Source: an uncultured Bacilli bacterium
GTDB taxonomy: Bacteria > Bacillota_I > Bacilli_A > RFN20 > CAG-826
Direction: 5' to 3'
Length of the DNA stretch: 64,000 nt
Assembly: GCA_944376605.1 (NCBI GenBank)
Contig: CALWDE010000002.1
Span: forward strand, 51,500-115,499
Shown here in pieces: positions 10,379 to 19,267 of this stretch. Under the pieces are notes generated by a model. That model saw only the letters and a list, made by a program, of their open reading frames with translations, had not been told where the DNA came from and searched no databases. How positions within the stretch are numbered: position 1 is the stretch's first letter; the number at the start of each line of letters is the position of its first letter. The translations under genes and the position numbers were made by a program.

Positions 10379-11158
10379 ATGAGACTCGCAGAGAAAATCC
10401 GAATCATCCGTAAAGCACGCGGGATGTCACAGGAACAATTGGGCTATGCTTTGTCTGAAAGCGGAATCAGCCGGCAATCAATCTCGAAATGGGAAAATGG
10501 CGACACCGAACCGACATTGGACAACATTCGCACGCTTGCGAAAATCTTCAATGTATCCTTTGACGCCCTTCTAGACGAAGGCCTAGACCTAAATGACTCG
10601 GTGACCTTGGCAGCGATCTTGAATAAAGAAGGTTTTGCGGTTCGCAAGAACATATTTTCCACAACGAAATATCACATTTATCAAAAACTTCTTAAAAAGA
10701 AGGCGATAAAACGCTTCGTCATTAAATCATTGATTGCCCTTGCCGTCGGTGTAGTCGGAGCCGTTATCAGCGTAATATCGCTACCACTCGAGCCACTAGT
10801 AGGTGGAATCATGCTTGGTATAGGTCTCTCATTAAGCGCCGTTGGACTAGCCTTCCTCTTGTCGTGCTTCATAACCGTGTTTTACAACATTTATGAACGA
10901 GTCTATGTTGGCGTTTTGGATGATCGGGCTTTAAGGCTGAACACAGGCAATATTGGCGACGGAACTATTTATATTCCGCTTGAAAAAATCGAAAAAATCG
11001 AAATTACAAATGAGAAGAAAAGCGAAGTTGGTATCTTTGTCTTAGGCAGAGCAAAGCCAATTCGTTGTCCCTACATTGTTCAGCCAGAGAAACTGCTTCA
11101 ATACTGGGCTGGTCTCCGCGATTTCATCGAAAATCCCGATGGAATCAAAATTTTATAG
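10379..11158 (+). CDS. XRE-family HTH regulator with two TM helices and a C-terminal soluble domain
   Basis: MSQEQLG...ISRQSISKWENGDTEP HTH; two hydrophobic segments; AGGAGG SD. Confidence 0.85.
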   Translation: MRLAEKIRIIRKARGMSQEQLGYALSESGISRQSISKWENGDTEPTLDNIRTLAKIFNVSFDALLDEGLDLNDSVTLAAILNKEGFAVRKNIFSTTKYHIYQKLLKKKAIKRFVIKSLIALAVGVVGAVISVISLPLEPLVGGIMLGIGLSLSAVGLAFLLSCFITVFYNIYERVYVGVLDDRALRLNTGNIGDGTIYIPLEKIEKIEITNEKKSEVGIFVLGRAKPIRCPYIVQPEKLLQYWAGLRDFIENPDGIKIL

Positions 11159-11591
11159 AGTGACTTGCAAATGCGGCCATGTTGGCCTCGACAGATTCGT
11201 CCGCATCGATTTCCCAATCATGGCAGAGAACGCCCATGAGGCTACTTTAGCTGCCCGCTGGCTTCCAAGGGTTAAACACCATAAGAAAGATGCCGTTTTG
11301 GAATGCCGTGAAATCGATTTTGAGGAATATCAGATCCTTCAAAAAATCAATAATGAGGATCCTTATCTCAAATGCTCGAGCCGGCAAGAGCAGGATCTTA
11401 GCCCAGAGATCATGGAGAGGACCGAAAAAGAAGACGCCATCTCCGATCAACATATCAAACATTCCAAAAGAGATATCCTTGCCTATCGCTTAAAGAAAGC
11501 CAAAGAGAAGATCGATTCGATTTTGGAGTATGCCAAGGAGGATGCCTCCTACTGGGATCTGAGTTTGGAATCGGAGGTAGGATTGGATTAA
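11139..11591 (+). CDS. Hypothetical 150-aa protein (CKCGHVG...PRVKHHKKDA), possibly nucleic-acid binding
   Basis: ATG 11139 overlaps the end of the XRE gene; island-like codon use; basic N-terminal alpha/beta pattern. Confidence 0.7.
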   Translation: MESKFYRVTCKCGHVGLDRFVRIDFPIMAENAHEATLAARWLPRVKHHKKDAVLECREIDFEEYQILQKINNEDPYLKCSSRQEQDLSPEIMERTEKEDAISDQHIKHSKRDILAYRLKKAKEKIDSILEYAKEDASYWDLSLESEVGLD

Positions 11592-11600
11592 AATAAAAAA

Positions 11601-11740
11601 GTAGATGAAAGCTGAAACGCCTCAGGTAGATTGAATAGATCGCCCAGGCGCCCTCAGGGTTGCTTCCATCTGGTTAGATTGCGAAAGCAGGCGACCAGCG
11701 GAAGAACCCGTCGGTCGCCTTTCTTCTCTTGGGAGAGAAA
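11601..11740 (+). ncRNA. Structured leader RNA with mutually exclusive antiterminator/terminator hairpins (family not recognised)
   Basis: Long GAAA-capped hairpin 11657-11709 competes with terminator stem 11689-11696/11713-11720 plus a pyrimidine run; four TAGAT copies. Confidence 0.55.
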
Positions 11741-11741
11741 T

Positions 11742-14700
11742 ATGAAGAGAGTCATCGCAATAATCGCTACCAGGGATCGCCCTAAGCTATTGGAGAACGC
11801 GGTCCTTTCGGCATTGAGCCAGACTTTGAAGGCGTGCGAAATCATCGTCTCTAGCGATTCAATAGAAGAAAACTTCGAATCGGAAAAGGCATTCCTAAAG
11901 GGGAAAGCTACCCTGATTCGAAACAAATATGCGCACAACTATGGTGGGAACCTGAATACCGCCATCGACTACCTTCTTGAGGAGCATCTCGGGGATAAAA
12001 CGTTTTCCTACGAAGAAACCTATCTTGCCTTCCTTGATGACGACGATGTTTGGCACGTCGACTACTTGGAAAGATGCGTCGCCGAATTGAAGCCAGATGT
12101 CGATATGGTGGTGGGGCTCATCCACTACCTAGCCGATGGTAAAGACTTCATCCTAGACCTGCCCGAGGAACTCAACCAGAAGAGCTTTTTGGCGGTCAAT
12201 CCACACGTTCAAGGATCGAACACCTTCATCCGCTTGAAGACCCTTTTGATGGCTGGCGCTTTCGATGAAGGGATATCCAGCACGACCGACCGCGATTTCT
12301 TTACCCGCGTGATGATGCTCAATCCAAAGGTCGCCTACATTCCCCACCCATTATTGGACGTTGATGCCCACGATGACCGCCCAAGGCTTACCAACAGCTC
12401 ATCCGGAAAGAAAAAGAGCCTGGCATATTTCTATTCTAAGTACGCCGGCATCATGGATGAGAACATCGAGGAAGTTTTCTTCAAGCGGGCTCTCCGTTAC
12501 ACGGATCTCAGCAAAGACGAAGTTGCAAACCGAATCCCGCAATATCAAGGGGAACCATACAAACCATATTCTGATTCACCGTTCGGTGGCCGCCTGGTCA
12601 TCGGGTTCATAACCTCCGATGAGGCCTTGTCTTCCCGTTTGCTGGACGATATTGATAGCCAAAATATCGAAGATTTGAAAGTAGTTGTGTTCTTCAACGG
12701 AGAAAATCCCAGCGCCGAATATCGGAAGCGGGTTGAGCGGCTCGGCCTTCTCTTTTCCTTGAATGAAGCGAAATCAGATCTTGGCAAAATGCCTTACGCC
12801 GACTATATTCGGCCAAGCCTTATTCGCGGGAGCCATATCGAGGATATCGCCTGTTCGCGGATGGTCCTCCATTATTATTTGAAGGAAAACTCAAAGGACG
12901 GGGATGCCATTTGGGTGTTCGATGAAGACATGCGCTTGATGAGCGTCGTCCGAGAAAACGGGGCTTTCAAAACTATTCCGCTGGATATAAAGGTGGTTAC
13001 TTCTCATTTCTTTGGGAAAGCCGATGTGGTGGTAGGTTCCTATTCGGGCGATGCCCCTTTGCCAACCCTATCTGTTTTGCGGACTTCCTTGGTGGATTAC
13101 GTATATGCCGAAAAGCTAAACAAATCCGGCTTATATCAGACTTCCTGCTATGGCAAACGCGACTATTACTATGACCTTTCCGAAGACCACACGGCGTTGG
13201 AATGCCCGTTGCCAATCGGAAAAGGCGAAACTTTAGAGGAAATCCTTTCCGGGAAGGGAGTCTCCCGCAAACTCTTTGTAGGCGAAGAAAGCGTTTTTGA
13301 GCCTTATTCTAGAGGTGGCAATACGCTGATTTTCAATCGCGATGCTTTGGATGTCCCTAATTTGTCTGCCGTTTTCGACAACACCATAGCCAGGAGAAGC
13401 GATTATTTTTGGGTGCAGATGCTCAAGAACCTCGGCTACACAGTGCTGGGCTCGAGCTTCGCCACATTGCACAATCGCCCCATCCAGGAGTTTGACATGA
13501 GACGGGAGACGGAGAAATCCCTAAAGGACCTATTGGGCTCTAGCTTCACCAAGGCAATGGAAAACCCCACGACGAAGAGCAGAGAAGGATATCTAAAGAA
13601 CTTCACGGCCGAATTCAAAAAGAGGTTGGTCAGGCTCATCGATTCGCTTTATCGCGACTTAGGCTTGTTTCAAGTTCTTGGTCGCGCCCAACCCTTTGGC
13701 GAAAGCGACATCAAAAACCTAGTGAGGAAGGCTTTGGCATTTCTAGACGAATCAACGGTCATCGCCTCGTATGAGTTCGTCCGGTCGATGGAAATCAAAT
13801 ATCTGGCATCAAGGAAGTTCCTGAAACTCGCCAAAGACAACGGATTGTCGCTGCCTGCGCTTTTGGGAATGGGAAATGAGGGGGCGGTATTCCGAAAAGG
13901 GAAAGAAGTCATCAAGGTTTTCTACGATGATTTCGATACCTCAATCCTCGAAAAATATGGCCAGGAGTTTGGCAAATCAGACCAGCTGTTCCCGATTAAG
14001 GTCATCAAGGAATATGGCCACACGACGATTACCTATGAGTGTCCGGAGGCGGCCGAGGCATACGAATCGGGCCACGCGATCGAGATTGCTCGGCTGATAC
14101 GATTCCTACGAAAGCGCGGCTTGGTTTTAAAAAACATCAAGCGCGACAACTTCCTTATCGTTAATGGGGCGCTTCGATTTGTAGATTATGGCAAGGATAT
14201 CGTGCCTTTGACGGATGCAAACTACGAAGCCGAGGTCAAGCGGGCATATGAGATGATCCGCTACCCGAACCTCACCGTCCCCGAATACAAGAAAGTGGTG
14301 GCCATGTCGCATGTTGGGGAAGACGGCCCACTTTGCTTTGGCATCGAAAACTTCAAAAAACTAATCGAGGTCCGTTCCAAGGAAAGCATTCATGATGGCT
14401 ATGTGCTTAAGCGGATTGCTGAATACCATCCTGACAGCATCCTCGATTACGGGGCGGGAAAATGCAAAATCATCAATGCCGCCCACGCCAAAACAAAGGC
14501 GGCATTCGATATCGACTCGTCGATTGTGAGATCTAGGGCGAACCATGACGTCAGAATCATAGAAAACATCGACGAGGAGCATGCTATTTACGATTTGATT
14601 ACCTGCAATCTCGTCCTTTGCGCGACGGATTCTGCGTGGGATGAAAAAATCGTCAGGAACATCCACCGCCTCCTGTGCGAAGATGGGCATGCCATCATCA

Positions 14701-17078
14701 GCGTGTGCGATATGTTCTTCGATGACGTCCAGCGCACCGAGACGCGCCAAAGCGGTTATTCTGGCAAATATGAGTCCGAGGCCCTTTATGGCAAGGCAAC
14801 GCCTTTAGGCATCCATAAGGATTATCACAAGAGCTTCGGGTTTTACGAAAACCTCTTCCGCCGAAATGGCTTTGAGATTGTGTCCGTTCAAGAAGACGAT
14901 GGCGTGGATGTTGATAGCCTCAATTCAATTGGTGAACACCTGATATTCGATTTGAAGAAGAAAGAAGCGCACGTGCTTTCGGACTGCTCGCTCCTAATAA
15001 AATGCTGTGCGATGGATCATGGGGTCGTCGATCCTTTTATACGTTCGATGATCCGCAAACTCGAAAACGGAGTCTGCTTCGCCGAGCGAATTGTTGTGGT
15101 GGACGGGAAGAGGACGAATCGCAACCGGGCTTACCAAGAAGATGACGAAGCTGCGCTTAAAAGCCGTTTGGAGTCATTGGGCAAGGAAGGGCTCATCGAT
15201 CGGATTGTATATTGCGATAACGCCAAGGGATTCGAGGCTTACCGCAAATACTTTGGAAAGAGCTGCACGGAAGCCTATGCCGAGAACGGGCAGCAATTGC
15301 TGACCACACTTAAAGGCTTTGACGCGATTAAGACGCGCTACGTCTTCCAAACCGATGTGGATATCGCCTATTTTGGAAACGATCACGATGAATTCTACGA
15401 AGAGTTTGCGCGTTTTAGGAAATCCCAGGCAATCGTCGGAACGCCTAGCGTTCTTCATCTTGATGAAGGCAAAACGGAATTTGGAAAACGGGTTGAGGTG
15501 CGTTCTTGCTTCATAGACATCGAAACTTTGAAAAACCGTCTCCCGATTGAAAACCCAATCAATGATGGAAAGTTTGCCTTGCCATGGCATCGAACTCTGG
15601 ATGCCACTATTGATGCCAATGAAAGCATTCGATTTCATCACAAGGGCTTTGGCTTCATCCATTTCCCAAATGGTACGAAGAAAAACCCGAACTTCATATC
15701 CGCGGTGCTGAACGCAAAGAAGATCCCGGCTGCGCAATATGGCTCGGTGGATGTCGTGGGGGAAGAAAAGGATTGGCTTCCTCAGATCAAAGACGGCCTG
15801 ATTGTTTTCTCTCGCGGCCGGAACGTTGAGCTGGAGAGGTCAAAGCGTCTTCTTGATTCGATTTCAGCCCAAAACGAAGGTTTCCATTTCATTTATTTTG
15901 ATGATTTCTCAGTGAGCAAAAACGCCGAATATCTTCGGATGAAATTGACTTACGACCCAGTGCTCAAAGGAAAGTCTACGCTCGTTTCCAATGCGCGCAG
16001 GGTGTCTTCTTTGGCTAACTTCGAGAGAATGCTTTCGATGGTCATTAATCCCAATGCCATCATCGTGAACGTGGATGGGGATGACGCTTTGATTGGGGAA
16101 AACGCATTGTCCACAATAAGGGATAGCTTTGACGAAGGGGCGGATCTCACCATCGGCAATTGCCTGAGGTTTGATAAGCCTTTGAGGAGATATGCGCTTG
16201 AATCGTTCCGCTCGGCGTGGGATAGGGGCGGAGACAACATCTGGTGCCATCCCAAATGCTTTATGAGATATCTTGCTGGCTATATCGGAAACAACCTAAA
16301 GGATCCGCAAGGCGACTACATTGAAGTGGCCACTGACTATGCGATGATGCTGCCGATGGTTGAGGCGGCCAGGCACCCTGAATTCATTGACGAGGTCATC
16401 TATTTCTTTGACCCGTCCGAGGAAAACAAAACGAGAACTAAACAATATGAAATCAACAAGAAAGGAAAGGTTAAAGCGATGTTTCTAGAAAAAGCGAAGG
16501 CAATGTCAAAGAAACCGATTGTCGCCATCATCGGCGATGCCGGAATAAAGGAAGACGATCCTAGATACAAGATAGCCCGCGAGATGGGCAAGGCTCTGAT
16601 CGAAAACGGGTATCGCCTCCAAAACGGCGGGATGGACGGCGTGATGGAAGCCTCTTCGAAAGGCGCCCATGACGCCAAAGAATACGAGTTTGGGGATACC
16701 ATCTCGATCCTTCCTGGCAGCGATGAAAGCGAAGGGAACATCTATGGCGATCTTAAAGTCGCTACCGGAATGGACCATAAACGAGCGGAGCTTGTCGTGG
16801 ATGCCTCTGCCGTCATCGCCATTGGCGGTGGCAGCGGAACACTGGAGGAAATCGCCGTTGCCTGGGAAACCTACAAGCTCATCATTGCCTTCGAAGGCGT
16901 CAGTGGCTGGAGCGGTAAAGTCGCCAATACGAGAATCGACGACCGCAAACGCTATAAAGACATTCCGGAAGATAAGGTCTTCGGCGCGAGGACGGTCGAC
17001 GAAGCCTTGGCGGTTATCAAAGCATACAGAGAACGCTACACGAAGGAATACCAAGGAATAAAGATGAAAAAGAAATGA
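11742..17078 (+). CDS. Multidomain GT2-GT-kinase-SAM methyltransferase-GT-GT2-SLOG/LOG fusion (~1778 aa)
   Basis: FLDDDD and VFDEDM (GT-A); GMGNEGAV..IKV..NIKRDNF..VDYG (kinase-like); ILDYGAG (MTase); FQTDVD and VDGDD (GT-A); GGMDGVMEA..AIGGGSGTLEE (LOG-like). Start set at ATG 11742 after GGGAGAG. Confidence 0.85.
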   Translation: MKRVIAIIATRDRPKLLENAVLSALSQTLKACEIIVSSDSIEENFESEKAFLKGKATLIRNKYAHNYGGNLNTAIDYLLEEHLGDKTFSYEETYLAFLDDDDVWHVDYLERCVAELKPDVDMVVGLIHYLADGKDFILDLPEELNQKSFLAVNPHVQGSNTFIRLKTLLMAGAFDEGISSTTDRDFFTRVMMLNPKVAYIPHPLLDVDAHDDRPRLTNSSSGKKKSLAYFYSKYAGIMDENIEEVFFKRALRYTDLSKDEVANRIPQYQGEPYKPYSDSPFGGRLVIGFITSDEALSSRLLDDIDSQNIEDLKVVVFFNGENPSAEYRKRVERLGLLFSLNEAKSDLGKMPYADYIRPSLIRGSHIEDIACSRMVLHYYLKENSKDGDAIWVFDEDMRLMSVVRENGAFKTIPLDIKVVTSHFFGKADVVVGSYSGDAPLPTLSVLRTSLVDYVYAEKLNKSGLYQTSCYGKRDYYYDLSEDHTALECPLPIGKGETLEEILSGKGVSRKLFVGEESVFEPYSRGGNTLIFNRDALDVPNLSAVFDNTIARRSDYFWVQMLKNLGYTVLGSSFATLHNRPIQEFDMRRETEKSLKDLLGSSFTKAMENPTTKSREGYLKNFTAEFKKRLVRLIDSLYRDLGLFQVLGRAQPFGESDIKNLVRKALAFLDESTVIASYEFVRSMEIKYLASRKFLKLAKDNGLSLPALLGMGNEGAVFRKGKEVIKVFYDDFDTSILEKYGQEFGKSDQLFPIKVIKEYGHTTITYECPEAAEAYESGHAIEIARLIRFLRKRGLVLKNIKRDNFLIVNGALRFVDYGKDIVPLTDANYEAEVKRAYEMIRYPNLTVPEYKKVVAMSHVGEDGPLCFGIENFKKLIEVRSKESIHDGYVLKRIAEYHPDSILDYGAGKCKIINAAHAKTKAAFDIDSSIVRSRANHDVRIIENIDEEHAIYDLITCNLVLCATDSAWDEKIVRNIHRLLCEDGHAIISVCDMFFDDVQRTETRQSGYSGKYESEALYGKATPLGIHKDYHKSFGFYENLFRRNGFEIVSVQEDDGVDVDSLNSIGEHLIFDLKKKEAHVLSDCSLLIKCCAMDHGVVDPFIRSMIRKLENGVCFAERIVVVDGKRTNRNRAYQEDDEAALKSRLESLGKEGLIDRIVYCDNAKGFEAYRKYFGKSCTEAYAENGQQLLTTLKGFDAIKTRYVFQTDVDIAYFGNDHDEFYEEFARFRKSQAIVGTPSVLHLDEGKTEFGKRVEVRSCFIDIETLKNRLPIENPINDGKFALPWHRTLDATIDANESIRFHHKGFGFIHFPNGTKKNPNFISAVLNAKKIPAAQYGSVDVVGEEKDWLPQIKDGLIVFSRGRNVELERSKRLLDSISAQNEGFHFIYFDDFSVSKNAEYLRMKLTYDPVLKGKSTLVSNARRVSSLANFERMLSMVINPNAIIVNVDGDDALIGENALSTIRDSFDEGADLTIGNCLRFDKPLRRYALESFRSAWDRGGDNIWCHPKCFMRYLAGYIGNNLKDPQGDYIEVATDYAMMLPMVEAARHPEFIDEVIYFFDPSEENKTRTKQYEINKKGKVKAMFLEKAKAMSKKPIVAIIGDAGIKEDDPRYKIAREMGKALIENGYRLQNGGMDGVMEASSKGAHDAKEYEFGDTISILPGSDESEGNIYGDLKVATGMDHKRAELVVDASAVIAIGGGSGTLEEIAVAWETYKLIIAFEGVSGWSGKVANTRIDDRKRYKDIPEDKVFGARTVDEALAVIKAYRERYTKEYQGIKMKKK

Positions 17079-17938
17079 ACATCGATTTACATTGTCATTG
17101 CGCGCCTTACTCGACCTGCGCTACCCAATCCATCGACGAGTTGCTGCTTAGAGCCAAAGAAGGCGGCATCAGAACCCTCTCTATCACGAATCACGACACC
17201 ACAAAAGACGAAGACCTCTTCGAAAAAAAGGCGGTGGCCATGGGCTTTGCTTACATCAAAGGCGCTGAACTTGGAGCGAGTTTGGCGGAAGAGGGGCTTG
17301 GATTTCCCAAAGGCGCGAAGATCCACATCCTGGCTCATGCATATAAAGATGGCGACTTAATCGAATCCGTTATGCAGGATGTCAAAAACGGCTCCGAGAA
17401 CGCCAAAATAAAAAGGGCGAGGGGCGAATATATCGCCAAGCGCTTCAACGACCTCTCACTAAGCGGCCTTACAAAGCAAAGGCTCATTGCTTGCTTGGTT
17501 GAGAAAGGCCATTTCATCGATGTCGGGGCTGCCAAGGAATTCTTCAGGAGCCCCGAGATCAGTGATGGCTTCGCATTGCATTGCCTTGGCCCAAAGGAAA
17601 CAATCGATTTGATACATAAAGCGGGCGGCTTCGCGACTTGGGCTCATCCATTCCGCGGGGAGCATCATTACAAATTCAACGAAGATGACGTGAAAGCAAT
17701 TCTCACAAAACTCATTGCTTATGGTCTTGATGGCCTGGAGTGCTTCCATTCATCCAATTTTGAGGCCGGAGCCGTGGATCTATTGAGGGCATTGGCAAAG
17801 CAGTATGGCCTATTTGAGACGATTGGCAGCGACCGCCATCACAATCGCCCGATGCCTTATTTCTCATTTGAGAAAAGCATGACGGCAAGTTATGAATCAG
17901 AGATTGATATTGGCAAAATCCAAGGAGGCAATTTATGA
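17075..17938 (+). CDS. PHP-domain phosphoesterase
   Basis: IDLHCH, ITNHDT, GAEL, AHP and GSDRH metal-binding motifs; ATGA overlap with the upstream gene. Confidence 0.88.
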   Translation: MNIDLHCHCAPYSTCATQSIDELLLRAKEGGIRTLSITNHDTTKDEDLFEKKAVAMGFAYIKGAELGASLAEEGLGFPKGAKIHILAHAYKDGDLIESVMQDVKNGSENAKIKRARGEYIAKRFNDLSLSGLTKQRLIACLVEKGHFIDVGAAKEFFRSPEISDGFALHCLGPKETIDLIHKAGGFATWAHPFRGEHHYKFNEDDVKAILTKLIAYGLDGLECFHSSNFEAGAVDLLRALAKQYGLFETIGSDRHHNRPMPYFSFEKSMTASYESEIDIGKIQGGNL

Positions 17939-18720
17939 AAATCGGAATTATCGGCGACGGACACGTCGGTGGGGCGATGAAGAATCTATTCAAGTCCGCC
18001 TGTGTTTATGACCCTTACAAGAACGAAGGCACGAAAGAGGAAATCAATCAGTGCGATGTGGCTTTCATTTGCGTGCCAACCCCGATGGCGGAGGATGGCT
18101 CATGCGACGCCTCGGCCGTGGAAGAGGTCATCTCTTGGTGCAAAGCCAGACTGATGGTCATCCGTTCGACAGTATGGGTCGGCTTCACCAAGGCGATGAA
18201 GGATAAATATAACAAAAGAATCGTCTTCCAGCCGGAATATTACGGCGAGACTGTAGCGCACCCATTCGCGGATTTGTCCACAAGGCAATGGCTGTCTTTT
18301 GGAGGCTCGGCCAAAGACGTTGCCTTAGCGGTGCAGGCTTATCAAACCGTCATGACTTCTAATGTTGAAATCCATCAGGTTGGGGAGTCCGAAGCGGAGA
18401 TGGCAAAATACATGGAGAACTCGTTTTTCGCCGCAAAAGTAACCTTTGTGAATGAGATATATGACCTTTGCGAAAAGCTTGGAGTTGATTATGAGCAAGC
18501 AAGGGAAATTTGGGTGGCCGATCCTCGCATAGGCAAGAGCCATACCTTCGTCTATCCCGACAATAGAGGTTATGATGGACATTGTTTGCCAAAGGATATT
18601 TCCGCGTTGCAGAAGCAGTTTGAGGACAATGGCGTTGATTGCATGATGATCAAAGGCATCATGAAGAAAAACGACTACTATAAAAAGCAACATGCTCGAT
18701 TAAACCTTTATTCAAGTTGA
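17935..18720 (+). CDS. UDP-glucose/GDP-mannose dehydrogenase family protein, short form
   Basis: GxGxVG, FICVPTP, IRST, QPE, EMAKYMEN, DPRIG and GHCLPKD motifs; lacks the usual C-terminal domain. Confidence 0.88.
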   Translation: MKIGIIGDGHVGGAMKNLFKSACVYDPYKNEGTKEEINQCDVAFICVPTPMAEDGSCDASAVEEVISWCKARLMVIRSTVWVGFTKAMKDKYNKRIVFQPEYYGETVAHPFADLSTRQWLSFGGSAKDVALAVQAYQTVMTSNVEIHQVGESEAEMAKYMENSFFAAKVTFVNEIYDLCEKLGVDYEQAREIWVADPRIGKSHTFVYPDNRGYDGHCLPKDISALQKQFEDNGVDCMMIKGIMKKNDYYKKQHARLNLYSS

Positions 18721-19084
18721 ATCGTCATATCATGAGCGCCGCCGCTTCGACATCAATTTCGCCATAGCATGCCCTTCCTACTTCGAAGAGGGCACCGTGC
18801 TCAACATCAATATCCATGTCGAGGCCGACTTGGAAGTTTTCAACCTGTTCTTGCCTTACTATGATTCTGACTATGGCTATCTAGAAATCATCAACAACAA
18901 CGATCTCAAGGCAAACCGAGGCTATGCCCCTAAGCGTAACCTTTATATTTCGATATCCGATAATTCGACCAAATACTACTCAGTCGATGGCGAGGTCTAC
19001 GAGAGGCGCAGCGATGGCGAGGACGAAAAGCTGTCCATGAGAAACCCCGAGGTTTACGCGCACGGGAATCTATGGCGGTCTTAA
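18704..19084 (+). pseudogene. Hypothetical gene fragment
   Basis: Frame open from 18704 to 19084 with no ATG+SD at its 5' end (GTG at 18797); island-like codon use. Confidence 0.35.
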
Positions 19085-19267
19085 CTAATTGACTTAAAGA
19101 AACGCGAAAACATTTTTGATGCACTTTAAGCACAAAACGTCTTGCCTCTCTTTTTCGGAATATTTTTTCTGTTCGAACGTGCATGCTGAGAAGACAATCC
19201 AAGTGCTCTTTCAAATTGTTCAATGAAGTCATCGGCAATGTTTATAACCGGTGGATGCAATACATTA

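Noticed and set aside
11601-11740. Assignment to glycine, c-di-AMP or ZTP riboswitch, T-box or SRP RNA
   Set aside because: Only fragments match (CTCAGG twice; GCTGAA and GAACCCGTC; CGCCTGGGC on the minus strand; a GNRA-capped stem). The other core motifs of each family are missing
11631-11741. 37-aa N-terminal extension of the 1815-aa ORF
   Set aside because: TTG start without SD that runs through the structured leader; GT2-like sequence begins at ATG 11742
11654-18693. Many 60-190-aa antisense and alternate-frame ORFs in the island
   Set aside because: Expected shadows of higher-GC coding sequence; no motifs or SD sites
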